Positions 38,416 through 61,075 of a stretch of 64,000 nt of DNA are shown here, one piece after another. Made by a program: the position numbers and the translations under genes. The notes below the pieces were generated by a model. It was not told the DNA's origin and did no database searches. It saw only the letters and a list, made by a program, of their open reading frames with translations. Each line of letters begins with the position of its first letter. Position 1 is the first letter of the stretch. The stretch comes from Macrostomum lignano (Eukaryota): NCBI GenBank assembly GCA_002269645.1, contig NIVC01000445.1:62001-126000 (forward strand), written 5' to 3'.

Positions 38416-39039
38416 TCCGATTCCCAGAAATAATGGATCGCAGTGAAGCAGCCCCCTAATTACGAAGTGTAACACTTTGCTGCAGGCAGAATCGAAGCCT
38501 GACCGGAATCTGGGTCTCGTCATCAACATGGGGCCCACGCTGTGAGGTCACGTCACCACTTCTAATAATAGTTTAGCGATGAAAGAATCCCAACTTTTTT
38601 TATCCTCAAGCTTCTCAGCTCCTTTGTTTTCTTGCCTCTAATCCCAGTGCTTTATATCCCGATGCTTCTGATAGCTGCCGGCTAATATTATGACAACACG
38701 CGCTTTATAGGGCAGCGAGTAAATTGATGGTCTCCGCGACCCAGCAACTCCAGCTATATTGACTGAAAAAGTGAAAATATATTCTATTTTCAATTACACG
38801 GCTTCTGCTTCTAGGGGCAGGCTGAAGAAAAAAGCGAAATAATAGTCTTGGGCTCATTACAAATTCTGCGCGGGGCGTGTCTGCAGACAGTGAAGGCAGT
38901 TGTCTGCGGCTGGGACGCCGGCGGGGGCGGCAGGCAGCTCGTGTCTGAGGAGCCTTCGAATCTGAACAATTCAATGCCGACTAGCGGGCGTGACCTTGGC
39001 GCTTGGGAACAAGACGGTTGAGTGATTTACTGATAGCTA

Positions 39040-40130
<1,091 letters not shown>

Positions 40131-40404
40131 CTACCTGAGCTACTGGGTGGGCAAGACTCATCACCGAGATCAAGATCGTTGAGTAGCTAGCAGAAGACTC
40201 AACAGGATAATCAATTATTCCTATTTTTAGCTCGAACAGAACAGCTGCAATGTTGAGGCCGGACTCGCGGAACGGGGAGCAGAGGCGCCACAGGTTTCTG
40301 TTGCTCTGGGTTGGGGATTTATAGTGGGATCATAAATTTATGTCTTATCTCTGTAAACTGCTTACTTACCTATTCAGCAAGATTGCGATCATCGTCAGCC
40401 CGTC

Positions 40405-40772
40405 CCATCTAACCTGAATCTAACCTGAATCTAACCTGAATCTAACCTGAATCTAACCTGAATCTAACCTGAATCTAACCTGAATCTAACCTGAATCTAA
40501 CCTGAATCTAACCTGAATCTAACCTGAATCTAACCTGAATCTAACCTGAATCTAACCTGAATCTAACCTGAATCTAACCTGAATCTAACCTGAATCTAAC
40601 CTGAACCTAACCTGAATCCAACCTGAATCTAACCTGAATCTAACCTGAATCCAACCTGAATCTAACCTGAATCTAACCTGAACCTAACCTGAATCCAACC
40701 TGAATCTTACCTGAATCTAACCTGAATCTTACCTGAATCTAACCTGAATCCAACCTGAATCTAACCTGAATC
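40405..40772. repeat. 11-nt repeat (AATCTAACCTG)n, copy 2
   Basis: Direct reading. Confidence 0.95.
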
Positions 40773-41397
40773 TTCCGATTCCCAGAAATAATGGATCGCA
40801 GTGAAGCAGCCCCCTAATTACGAAGTGTAACACTTTGCTGCAGGCAGAATCGAAGCCTGACCGGAATCTGGGTCTCGTCATCAACATGGGGCCCACGCTG
40901 TGAGGTCACGTCACCACTTCTAATAATAGTTTAGCGATGAAAGAATCCCAACTTTTTTTATCCTCAAGCTTCTCAGCTCCTTTGTTTTCTTGCCTCTAAT
41001 CCCAGTGCTTTATATCCCGATGCTTCTGATAGCTGCCGGCTAATATTATGACAACACGCGCTTTATAGGGCAGCGAGTAAATTGATGGTCTCCGCGACCC
41101 AGCAACTCCAGCTATATTGACTGAAAAAGTGAAAATATATTCTATTTTCAATTACACGGCTTCTGCTTCTAGGGGCAGGCTGAAGAAAAAAGCGAAATAA
41201 TAGTCTTGGGCTCATTACAAATTCTGCGCGGGGCGTGTCTGCAGACAGTGAAGGCAGTTGTCTGCGGCTGGGACGCCGGCGGGGGCGGCAGGCAGCTCGT
41301 GTCTGAGGAGCCTTCGAATCTGAACAATTCAATGCCGACTAGCGGGCGTGACCTTGGCGCTTGGGAACAAGACGGTTGAGTGATTTACTGATAGCTA

Positions 41398-42670
<1,273 letters not shown>

Positions 42671-43814
42671 ACCTGAGCTACTGGGTGGGCAAGACTCATC
42701 ACCTAGATCAAGATCGTTGAGTAGCTAGCAGAAGACTCAACAGGATAATCAATTATTCCTATTTTTAGCTCGAACAGAACAGCTGCAATGTTGAGGCCGG
42801 ACTCGCGGAACGGGGAGCAGAGGCGCCACAGGTTTCTGTTGCTCTGGGTTGGGGATTTATAGTGGGATCATAAATTTATGTCTTATCTCTGTAAACTGCT
42901 TACTTACCTATTCAGCAAGATTGCGATCATCGTCAGCCCGTCCCATCTCAAACCCCAACTCTGTCGCGTGTTGTTGCCAAGGTGGCAGTCGAGCTCAAGA
43001 AAAGCCCAGAGTCAAGAGCAGACTTTTTTCTCTTCCTCTGTCCGCCATTCTTCATATTTTTTGAGATTCCAAGTGCGGGTGGGCTGGATTGCGACAAATA
43101 GCTTTTTTATGATTCTAACAAAAAACCTCAACTGTCTTAGAACAGGAATAACCTCACTGGATCTGCATCTTCTCCCTCAGCCATCTTCATTGTGTCTTGG
43201 TTGCCGACCGGGTCCGCCATTTTTGCCGCAAAATTTGAGATGCGAATCTGCTGCTAGCGTGTGCAACTCGAATACACAGTTTAAATAGGAAGTGCGGATT
43301 ACCGGCAGATCTACGAGCGAGATTAACTTTGGTTGCCAAGGATAATGAGAGAGCATTCTTGGTGCCTAAGCCGGATTCTCTGACGACAATTCCATGACTT
43401 CATTAGCAACCAGTTCAGGATCCGTGCGTGTCATCCCCCGGTCCTAACCTCAAACAAAGCAAAGGGCTTCTGAGTAGAATTTTCCACTAATACCATTTGT
43501 ATGGAAGAAAATTTGTCACGCGTTCCAACCGCACTACTTGTTTAGTAGAGGGCTTAGAGTTTATTGTCTTTATTGCAATCTTATAAAAAAAAACAAATCA
43601 AACACATTTTCATTGTTCAGTTGTTTTGCGTGTTGGGATTTGCTATATTTTGAGTTGCTAACTCACAACTTCATCTTCTTAATAGCAGGAAAGTTTTCAA
43701 AGATCAAATAAAATACACTGTCAACTCTGCTCAAACCGTTCAATCGGTAAACGCGACAGTTTTTATGTTTGCAGGGTAAATTAAAACTCAGGGATCAGAA
43801 AAAGGATCAAAGAT

Positions 43815-44190
43815 TTGGGATCCGGAAATTGGGATCCCGAAATCGGGATCCAGAAATCGGGATCCAGAAATCGGAATCCAGAAATCGGGATCCAGAAATC
43901 GGGATCCGGAAATCGGGATCCAGAAATCGGGATCCAGAAATCGGGATCCAGAAATCGGGATCCAGAAATCGGGATTCGGAAATCGGGATCCAGAAATCGG
44001 GATCCAGAAATCGGGATCCAGCAATCGGGATCCAGCAATCGGGATCCAGAAATCGGGATCCAGAAATCAAGATCCAGAAATCGGGATCCAGAAATCGGGA
44101 TCCAGAAATCGGGGTCTTGAAATCGGGATCCAGCAATCGGGATCCAGAAATCGGGATCTAGAAATCGGGATTCAGAAATCGGGATCCATA
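43815..44190. repeat. 14-nt minisatellite (GAAATCGGGATCCA)n
   Basis: Direct reading, ~27 units. Confidence 0.95.
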
Positions 44191-44262
44191 GAGAGAGCGG
44201 GACCAAGTTAAAAGTTTGTATTGACGCTCAGTTCTTTCAGCCCCCAAGTGCAGCAGCCATTC

Positions 44263-47200
44263 TCAGACGAGCTCGCAGATGACGGCCTCCACAGGGGTGG
44301 CGCAGTCCACAGATCGCATGCTGTACGGCGGGGTCCTGTCCACCGTGACGCAGTGCACGCTGGTGTTGGCGGCCGAGGCCCAGACGTACTGGCTGGGGGT
44401 CAGGCTGCCCTCGCCGCTGACCCACTGGTACTTGGAGTCGCTGGTGTTGTAGCGAGCACCGATTAGGTAGACGGAGAAGTCTGAAAGTTCGAGTATTTGG
44501 ATCGGGATCAGGATCGGGATCAGGATCGGGATCAGGATCGGGATCAGGATCGGGATCAGGATCGGGATCAGGATCGGGATCAGGATCGGGATCAGGATCG
44601 GGATCAGGATCGGGATCAGGATCGGGATCAGGATCGGGATCAGGATCGGGATCAGGATCGGGATCAGGATCGGGATCAGGATCGGGATCAGGATCGGGAT
44701 CAGGATCGGGATCAGGATCGGGATCAGGATCGGGATCAGGATCGGGATCAGGATCGGGATCAGGATCGGGATCAGGATCGGGATCAGGATCGGGATCAGG
44801 ATCGGGATCAGGATCGGGATCAGGATCGGGATCAGGATCGGGATCAGGATCGGGATCAGGATCGGGATCAGGATCGGGATCAGGATCGGGATCAGGATCG
44901 GGATCAGGATCGGGATCAGGATCGGGATCAGGATCGGGATCAGGATCGGGATCAGGATCGGGATCAGGATCGGGATCAGGATCGGGATCAGGATCGGGAT
45001 CAGGATCGGGATCAGGATCGGGATCAGGATCGGGATCAGGATCGGGATCAGGATCGGGATCAGGATCGGGATCAGGATCGGGATCAGGATCGGGATCAGG
45101 ATCGGGATCAGGATCGGGATCAGGATCGGGATCAGGATCGGGATCAGGATCGGGATCAGGATCGGGATCAGGATCGGGATCAGGATCGGGATCAGGATCG
45201 GGATCAGGATCGGGATCAGGATCGGGATCAGGATCGGGATCAGGATCGGGATCAGGATCGGGATCAGGATCGGGATCAGGATCGGGATCAGGATCGGGAT
45301 CAGGATCGGGATCAGGATCGGGATCAGGATCGGGATCAGGATCGGGATCAGGATCGGGATCAGGATCGGGATCAGGATCGGGATCAGGATCGGGATCAGG
45401 ATCGGGATCAGGATCGGGATCAGGATCGGGATCAGGATCGGGATCAGGATCGGGATCAGGATCGGGATCAGGATCGGGATCAGGATCGGGATCAGGATCG
45501 GGATCAGGATCGGGATCAGGATCAGGATCAGGATCGGATCAGGATCGGGATCAGGATCGGGATCAGGATCGGGATCAGGATCGGGATCAGGATGCACCCA
45601 CCAGTATAAGACTTGAACAGGTCCGCAGTGATGTTGAACTCGTTAGGCATGGAGGAGCCGCCCATGCGGTTATCGTAGGACACCAGATCCGCGTAGCCCA
45701 TCGACTGGCACTGCGTGCGGCCGCTGTCGAAAGTCCGCCCGCCGCCGCCCCAGAAAGCCAAATAGGGTGCCTTTGGAGCCGTTGTTGGTGCTGGCGTTGC
45801 GGCGCCGGTTGTAGCGCCGACAGTTGTGGCGCCGACGGTTGTGGCGCCAGCGCCAGCTACGGTTGTTGTTGATGCGGCGGAATCTGCAGTCTGCCTTACG
45901 AACAGCGTCTGCAGTGATGCGGGCGGCGGATAAATAATTTGAGAGCGCACCTTTTTTCTTCTTTAATTGACTATTAGGTCTTGAAAATTTAAAGTGCTTA
46001 GAGATAAACTATTTGATTATATCATCCCTTCTATAGATTAGATTATCCCCGATAGTTTTGAAGTATTCTCCTAATTTAAAGTATATTTTGGGATCATTTA
46101 ACTATACGAGATTTGATAGTCCCTCCAGCTCACCTGTCCCTCCAGCTCACCCGTCCCTCCAGCTCACCTGTCCCTCCAGCTCACCTGTCCCTCCAGCTCA
46201 CCTGTCCCTCCAGCTCACCTGTCCCTCCAGCTCACCTGTCCCTCCAGCTCACCTGTCCCTCCAGCTCACCTGTCCCTCCAGCTCACCTGTCCCTCCAGCT
46301 CACCTGTCCCTCCAGCTCACCTGTCCCTCCAGCTCACCTGTCCCTCCAGCTCACCTGTCCCTCCAGCTCACCTGTCCCTCCAGCTCACCTGTCCCTCCAG
46401 CTCACCTGTCCCTCCAGCTCACCTGTCCCTCCAGCTCACCTGTCCCTCCAGCTCACCTGTCCCTCCAGCTCACCTGTCCCTCCAGCTCACCTGTCCCTCC
46501 AGCTCACCTGTCCCTCCAGCTCACCTGTCCCTCCAGCTCACCTGTCCCTCCAGCTCACCTGTCCCTCCAGCTCACCTGTCCCTCCAGCTCACCTGTCCCT
46601 CCAGCTCACCTGTCCCTCCAGCTCACCTGTCCCTCCAGCTCACCTGTCCCTCCAGCTCACCTGTCCCTCCAGCTCACCTGTCCCTCCAGCTCACCTGTCC
46701 CTCCAGCTCACCTGTCCCTCCAGCTCACCTGTCCCTCCAGCTCACCTGTCCCTCCAGCTCACCTGTCCCTCCAGCTCACCTGTCCCTCCAGCTCACCTGT
46801 CCCTCCAGCTCACCTGTCCCTCCAGCTCACCTGTCCCTCCAGCTCACCTGTCCCTCCAGCTCACCTGTCCCTCCAGCTCACCTGTCCCTCCAGCTCACCT
46901 GTCCCTCCAGCTCACCTGTCCCTCCAGCTCACCTGTCCCTCCAGCTCACCTGTCCCTCCAGCTCACCTGTCCCTCCAGCTCACCTGTCCCTCCAGCTCAC
47001 CTGTCCCTCCAGCTCACCTGTCCCTCCAGCTCACCTGTCCCTCCAGCTCACCTGTCCCTCCAGCTCACCTGTCCCTCCAGCTCACCTGTCCCTCCAGCTC
47101 ACCTGTCCCTCCAGCTCACCTGTCCCTCCAGCTCACCTGTCCCTCCAGCTCATTTGTCCCTCCAGCTCACCTGTCCAAGCCATCCGCCGCTCCCGCAGTC

Positions 47201-47484
47201 CAATTCAGCCGATAGCCGATGCCGCAGGCTCCATCAGCTGCGGAGAAGGCGAAGGCGGCGCAGTCGCTGGCATCGGCAGCAGAGGAGGCGGTCAGGCAGC
47301 GGGCTCCGCACTCCAGGCGGGTGGCAGCCGGAGTTCGAGTCGGCGGATCGGCAAAGACGGCCAGTTCGTCGGCGTGGTAGACAAAACTGCCGCTTGGCAC
47401 AGCGGCATCGGCAGCGGGGAACAAGAAAAAGCAGACTGAGCAGCCGCTCAGAAGCAGAAGAGAGAGTCTAACAGGGTGAAACAT
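44263..47484 (-). CDS. Secreted PAN/apple-like + Thr/Ala-rich linker + C-type lectin-like domain protein; 3 exons
   Basis: Exon 1 (47484-47171) encodes a hydrophobic signal peptide and a PAN-type Cys pattern (LECGARC...CAAFAF...GAC). Exon 2 (~45894/45908-45602) has TTVAGAGATTVGATT followed by the CTLD N-half (TFDSGRTQCQSMGYADLV). Exon 3 (44480-44263) has IGARY..KYQWVSG..W..CVTV..CATPVEAVICE. The exon 2/3 junction is in phase; the exon 1/2 junction has a phase conflict (see findings). Confidence 0.8.
44498..45592. repeat. Near-perfect 12-nt repeat (GGATCAGGATCG)n filling PAN-CTLD intron 2
   Basis: Direct reading, ~91 units. Confidence 0.98.
46119..47175. repeat. Near-perfect 17-nt repeat (CCCTCCAGCTCACCTGT)n filling PAN-CTLD intron 1; each unit is a copy of the splice donor
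   Basis: The sense (minus) strand unit is ACAG|GTGAGCTGGAGGG; ~62 units. Confidence 0.98.
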
Positions 47485-47616
47485 GCTTTGCTTGGTTGTG
47501 CTGCTTCTTCTAATCTAGAAGAAAAACACACGAGCTGGCTTACAGAGAAGCTAGGAAGGCCTCAGTTTTATACAGCTAGTGAGGAGAGACGGGAGCGTGC
47601 CATTGAATGATAATCC

Positions 47617-47630
47617 GTTGCCATGGAGAC
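47617..47630. promoter_or_regulatory. RFX X-box (GTTGCCATGGAGAC)
   Basis: Matches the 14-bp X-box consensus; 133 nt upstream of the ATG of the PAN-CTLD gene. Confidence 0.5.
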
Positions 47631-47958
47631 CGACTCCGTCCACCGCCCTGGATCCCATTGATCAGCGAATGCAAAGCGTGCGACTCGCTGCCACCTGCGC
47701 TTGACTGGCAAATATTTTCCACTTCGGTGAAACTCTTCCATGCCTTGAAGACGGCGACGGGCTGACATCCAATTATTATTCCTGTGCAGGCTCCCGTGTT
47801 TGTTGTCGACTTGTGGAGCGAGCAAACAGTGAAGAGAGAGAGAGAGATAATGAAAAGTCAACCCAATTAACTGGGTATTTCAGCGCGAGTTCTGCATTCT
47901 CAGAACTTTCTAATGATCATGAGCTTGGCTGCCTGGTGGCGAGGTTGTGGCCATTACT

Positions 47959-48085
47959 GAGCAGTTGATCAACGGTAAAAGCGTCTGACTCTCGCGCCGC
48001 GACCCCTGGTTCGATTCCGTGAGCGGTCCCGCATTCATTTGGGGCTTTTGTGCACGAAAATTGGCTTAGGGGGTTGTCGTGTGTT
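47959..48085 (+). mobile_element. tRNA-derived SINE-like copy (family 1)
   Basis: B box GGTTCGATTCC at 48008; downstream CATTCATTTGGGGCT...GGCTTAG is shared with the copy at 60438; no proper cloverleaf. Confidence 0.6.
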
Positions 48086-48124
48086 TCACGCCCATGAGGA
48101 TCAAAACCCAAAACACCCAAAACG

Positions 48125-48600
48125 TTCTCTCCTCTCCTCTCCTCTCCTCTCCTCTCCTCTCTCCTCTCTCTTCTCTCCTGTTCTTTCCTGTCTCTTCTCT
48201 TTTCTCTCCTCTCCTCTCCTCTCCTCTCTCTTCTCTCTTCTCTCCTGTTCTTTCCTGTCTCTTCTCTTTTCTCTCCTCTCCTCTCCTCTCTCCTGTTCTC
48301 TCCTCCCTCTTCTCTTCTCTTTTCTCTCCTCTCCTCTCCTCTCCTCTCTCTTCTCTCCTGTTCTTTCCTGTCTCTTCTCTTTTCTCTCCTCTCCTCTCCT
48401 CTCCTCTCTCCTCTCTCTTCTCTCCTGTTCTTTCCTGTCTCTTCTCTTTTCTCTCCTCTCCTCTCCTCTCCTCTCTCCTCTCTCTTCTCTCCTGTTCTTT
48501 CCTGTCTCTTCTCTTTTCTCTCCTCTCCTGCTCCTCTTTCCTCTCTCCTCTCTCTTCTCTCCTGTTCTTTCCTGTCTCTTCTCTTTTCTCTCCTCTCATC
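48125..48600. repeat. CT-rich low-complexity repeat
   Basis: (CTCCT)n with TCTCCTGTTCTTTCCTG blocks. Confidence 0.93.
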
Positions 48601-48919
48601 TTCTCTCGGTTTCCTTTCCTATATTATCTCTCCTCTATTCTCATTTATTCCATTACCTCTCTTTTCTCTTTTCCCTCCCTTGGCCTGCAGTCATACACTT
48701 GGTTGTCTATCTGGCCCTTAAGGTAAAAAAGGTTGCCGATACCTGATATATACGCTCGTACAAAGTATTTTTTAAGCAATATTTAGGAACAAATCAAACG
48801 CAAAGATCCATAGATTACATTGAATAAAATAAGCAAAATGTACTTTATTAATCAAAGTGATTTTTTTATCTGTAGCAATTAGCGAGTGTCGCAGAAAAGT
48901 TTCCAAAATTTTCCACTTT

Positions 48920-57872
<8,953 letters not shown>

Positions 57873-60104
57873 CTTCTTTTTATGGTCGGCTGCAATTTTG
57901 TTTGATTTTTAGGTATTTACCACTTGCTACTCCAAAAAATTATTAAGTAGTAACGTGGGTATCGATGCAATAAGAGAAGTTCATAGTTTTTGGGCCAGCC
58001 AAGATTTAATATTAGCCCTACCCCTGACTACTCTTGAATAGTCCTTAACAGAGTGATATTATCAAGCAGTCCTTTAAAATACGGTTGAAAGCCATGGAAG
58101 GATCAAGTTATTAAGTAAGTTTAGCTCGAAGAGGGCTTTCAGTTGCATGGATAATCCAGCCTGACTGATATAAAGCAAATTCTTTCTACTCTCGCTCATG
58201 GCTTCCTATCTAAAATATGAATGAAGAATATGATAAGAATTTAGTTACAGGCTTCAAACGCATTATTTTAAGTGCAATCTAGCTAGCCCAACTGCATCTG
58301 CATACAGAAAAGAAAAGTTGGACAAGATTTAGCTTGTTGAGACAAATGAACATTTTGTTCCTTTGGTGTCAAAAATATTTTAAATACACACATACATATG
58401 CTGTTCATTAAAAACTAAGCTACAATAGAAAGTATACGTAGAAGGATTTAAAAATCATCAGGGCAGTAAATCTGTATATGGGTGGGACTTGGGTAAAGAG
58501 TTCGAAGCTACAACTTTCATGAAAATATAACATCCTGACATTCCTCAACTGAGAAGTGAGAGTCTACAATATGCTGAAACTTAAACCCGTAATGGACCCA
58601 ATTTGAAATGAAATGCTTCCGTTTTAAAATATAGATAATTAATAAATTCTTCAATAAGGCAATAAAGCAAGACATAAAATGGATAATTCTACTTAAGTAG
58701 AGTTGAGAATTAAAATATTATAAATAAGCGAGTTAAATTATCGCAATAATTCTTTCATAGAGACCACTTTTTTAGATTTTTGAAGACTTAAACTTGTAGT
58801 TACAGTTAAAATAGTGTATGTTTTACTTTTTTATATAAAACAAACCAAATAAAGCATAAAGCAGAAAAAATTTGTTTAACATTTATGTTTAAAAAATGAA
58901 ACTAGAGCGTGTGGAACCTGTCGTATATTTATTATTTTTATTTTGTAATGGAATGCATTATTGTGCTTGCAGTTACCTCATTATTAGCGCAATGAGATAC
59001 GATCGAAAAATGTGAGGTAAAGTATTATGACAAGAGAGTATGCCAAATACCAATTTTAACAGAAAGAGAAGGTCCTTACTTCAGGTCTAGGAATCAAAAT
59101 CCAAATTTTCACAAAAGTAAGACCTGACCTCGTGACCTGACGTCTTGACCTACTTTGTTAGCCAGTAAAGCGGGGGATTCAGGCCCTTGACCTAATATAA
59201 AATTTAAATTAAATTTTATTTTAGGTACAAACATGTTTTTCAAAAAGTAGAACTTTAAGTTTAACCTTTATTGATACTTCTACGTCTTCTAGTTCTAGGG
59301 TCTAGACCTAATAATATGCTTCTTGCCTTCTTATTGCTCAATTTTTATTGTTTCTAAACTTTTTTTGATTCCTAAAATTAAAAAGATTCAATTTACAACC
59401 GACTTTATTTCTTAAAATTGTTATTAGCTTCTTTCTATCTTTTTTATCCTTTCAAATTATTTCTAGGCCTATTCTAGCTAGCTAGCTTAACACAAGGTGC
59501 CCGCACCCTCATTTATCTCCTTTATCTCCTTTATTCTCCTTTATTCGGCAAACCCCTCTTTTATCTCTTTTATAGGCCCCCTATCTTTTATTTGGAAGAT
59601 TTTTTGGACTTTCTCCTTTATTTAGCCACTTTAGCTCTTAGGATTTTTAGCACACAATACATAATATTAATATATTATTAGTTTAGGGTCCTTTTAAATT
59701 CATTTAAAAAATCCCATTCTATTGATTTGTATTATTTTCCTAGACAAAGTTATATATAAGAATAATTTGTAAGTTTCAACAAAATTGTTTGTATATATGA
59801 TTAGGCTTAGGCCTAGTTACTAATTGAACAAACTTTAAAGTATCAACCATAGGTTAGCCACAATATCAAATATGTGGAACTGTGAAATTGGAGATATATA
59901 AGTTCTTCTCAAGGCTACAAATTGACTAGAAGAATGATGTGATCAAAGCAATCAGAAAATGGGCCACAAAATGAAACAATCATAAGAATACTATTTCTTA
60001 CAAACTGGCTTTCAAAGCAAGGATAGGCAGACTTTTACCTCAAAGGCCAGATAAATAATCTAGCTAGGCCTAATGGTTGCAGGGATAGATAAGTGGAAAA
60101 AAGA

Positions 60105-61075
60105 ATGAATAGACAATAAGAAAAAAGGAGAGGTAAGAGAAGGAAGAGAAAAGATAAATGGAGATAGGAGGATAAAAAGAAAAAGGGTAGAGAAGAGGGG
60201 AATGAGAAGAGAAAGAGAAGTAAGAGGACTATAAAGGGGAAAAAGGAGATAAAAAAGACAAGAAGAGAGAGGAAAGAGAGGAGAGAGATAAGATGAGAGA
60301 AAGATAAAAGATAAAAAAAAGAGTAGAGAGGAGAAAGAAAAGATTAAAGAAAAGAATAGATGAAAGAGGAGATATTTAAAAGAAGAGATAATAAGGGAAA
60401 GAGTTCAGAGAAGAAAGAGGAAGAAAAGAGAAGAAAAGGGCCATAGCCCAGTGGTAATGTAGCTGCTCTGGTATGCCAGTGACCCAGGCTCGATTCCAAG
60501 TGCAGTCACATTAATTTGGGGCTGAATTAGAATCTCGGCTTAGCTCTGCTCGTGCAATTAATGGCCTTGAGAGCCAACCCCCCCCCACCCCAAGGTGCAG
60601 TGAAGTGTATATGCCTAACAATAATATAAAGTTAGGGCCGCTGTACACTCCTATGTGAGTGTGTGCTTGCATATATATCCGCATGCTTGTATGCCTGCTC
60701 AGGGGAGTCAGCAGAATGGGTAGTAATGCCTCTTGCCAGTTGTGTGCCTATGTTGCTTAAATTGTGCCAGGGTGCATATAACCTTCCTGCCTCTAATAAA
60801 AAAAGAACAGAGGGGATAGCAAAGGAAAGAAAAGAGAAAAAGGGAGAGATAAGAGGAAAGATGAGAGCTAAGAGGAGAGAAAAAAGATGAGAGAGCAAAG
60901 AGTAAAGATGAGATAGCAGAGGGGGGAGAGAGAAAAGAGTAGAGAAAAAAAGTGGAGATGAGCAAGATAAGAGAAAAGAGAGTAAAGAGTATAGGAAAAG
61001 GGAAGAAAAGAGAAGAGATGAAAGGAGAGAAAGAGAGAAGAGAAGAGATAGAAGATGAGATAGAAGTTTTAAAGG
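60105..61075. repeat. Two AG-rich low-complexity tracts (60105-60440, 60800-61075) flanking a SINE-like copy
   Basis: Direct reading. Confidence 0.85.
60438..60553 (+). mobile_element. tRNA-derived SINE-like copy (family 1)
   Basis: A box TAGCCCAGTGG (60444), B box GGCTCGATTCC (60487), tail CATTAATTTGGGGCT homologous to the 47959 copy. Confidence 0.6.

Noticed and set aside
44497-45609. 370-aa (DRDQ)n and 444-aa (ILIP)n ORFs
   Set aside because: Read-throughs of a 12-nt intronic repeat; the intron is 1121 nt (not a multiple of 3) with good GT-AG ends that join the lectin exons in frame.
46058-47471. 385-aa and 452-aa ORFs on the plus strand
   Set aside because: Antisense read-through of the 17-nt donor array and of exon 1.
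57890-57920. Possible 31-nt 5' UTR intron or trans-splice acceptor before the RSPH10B ATG
   Set aside because: GT and AG are present but it is far shorter than the other introns here and cannot be tested without transcripts.
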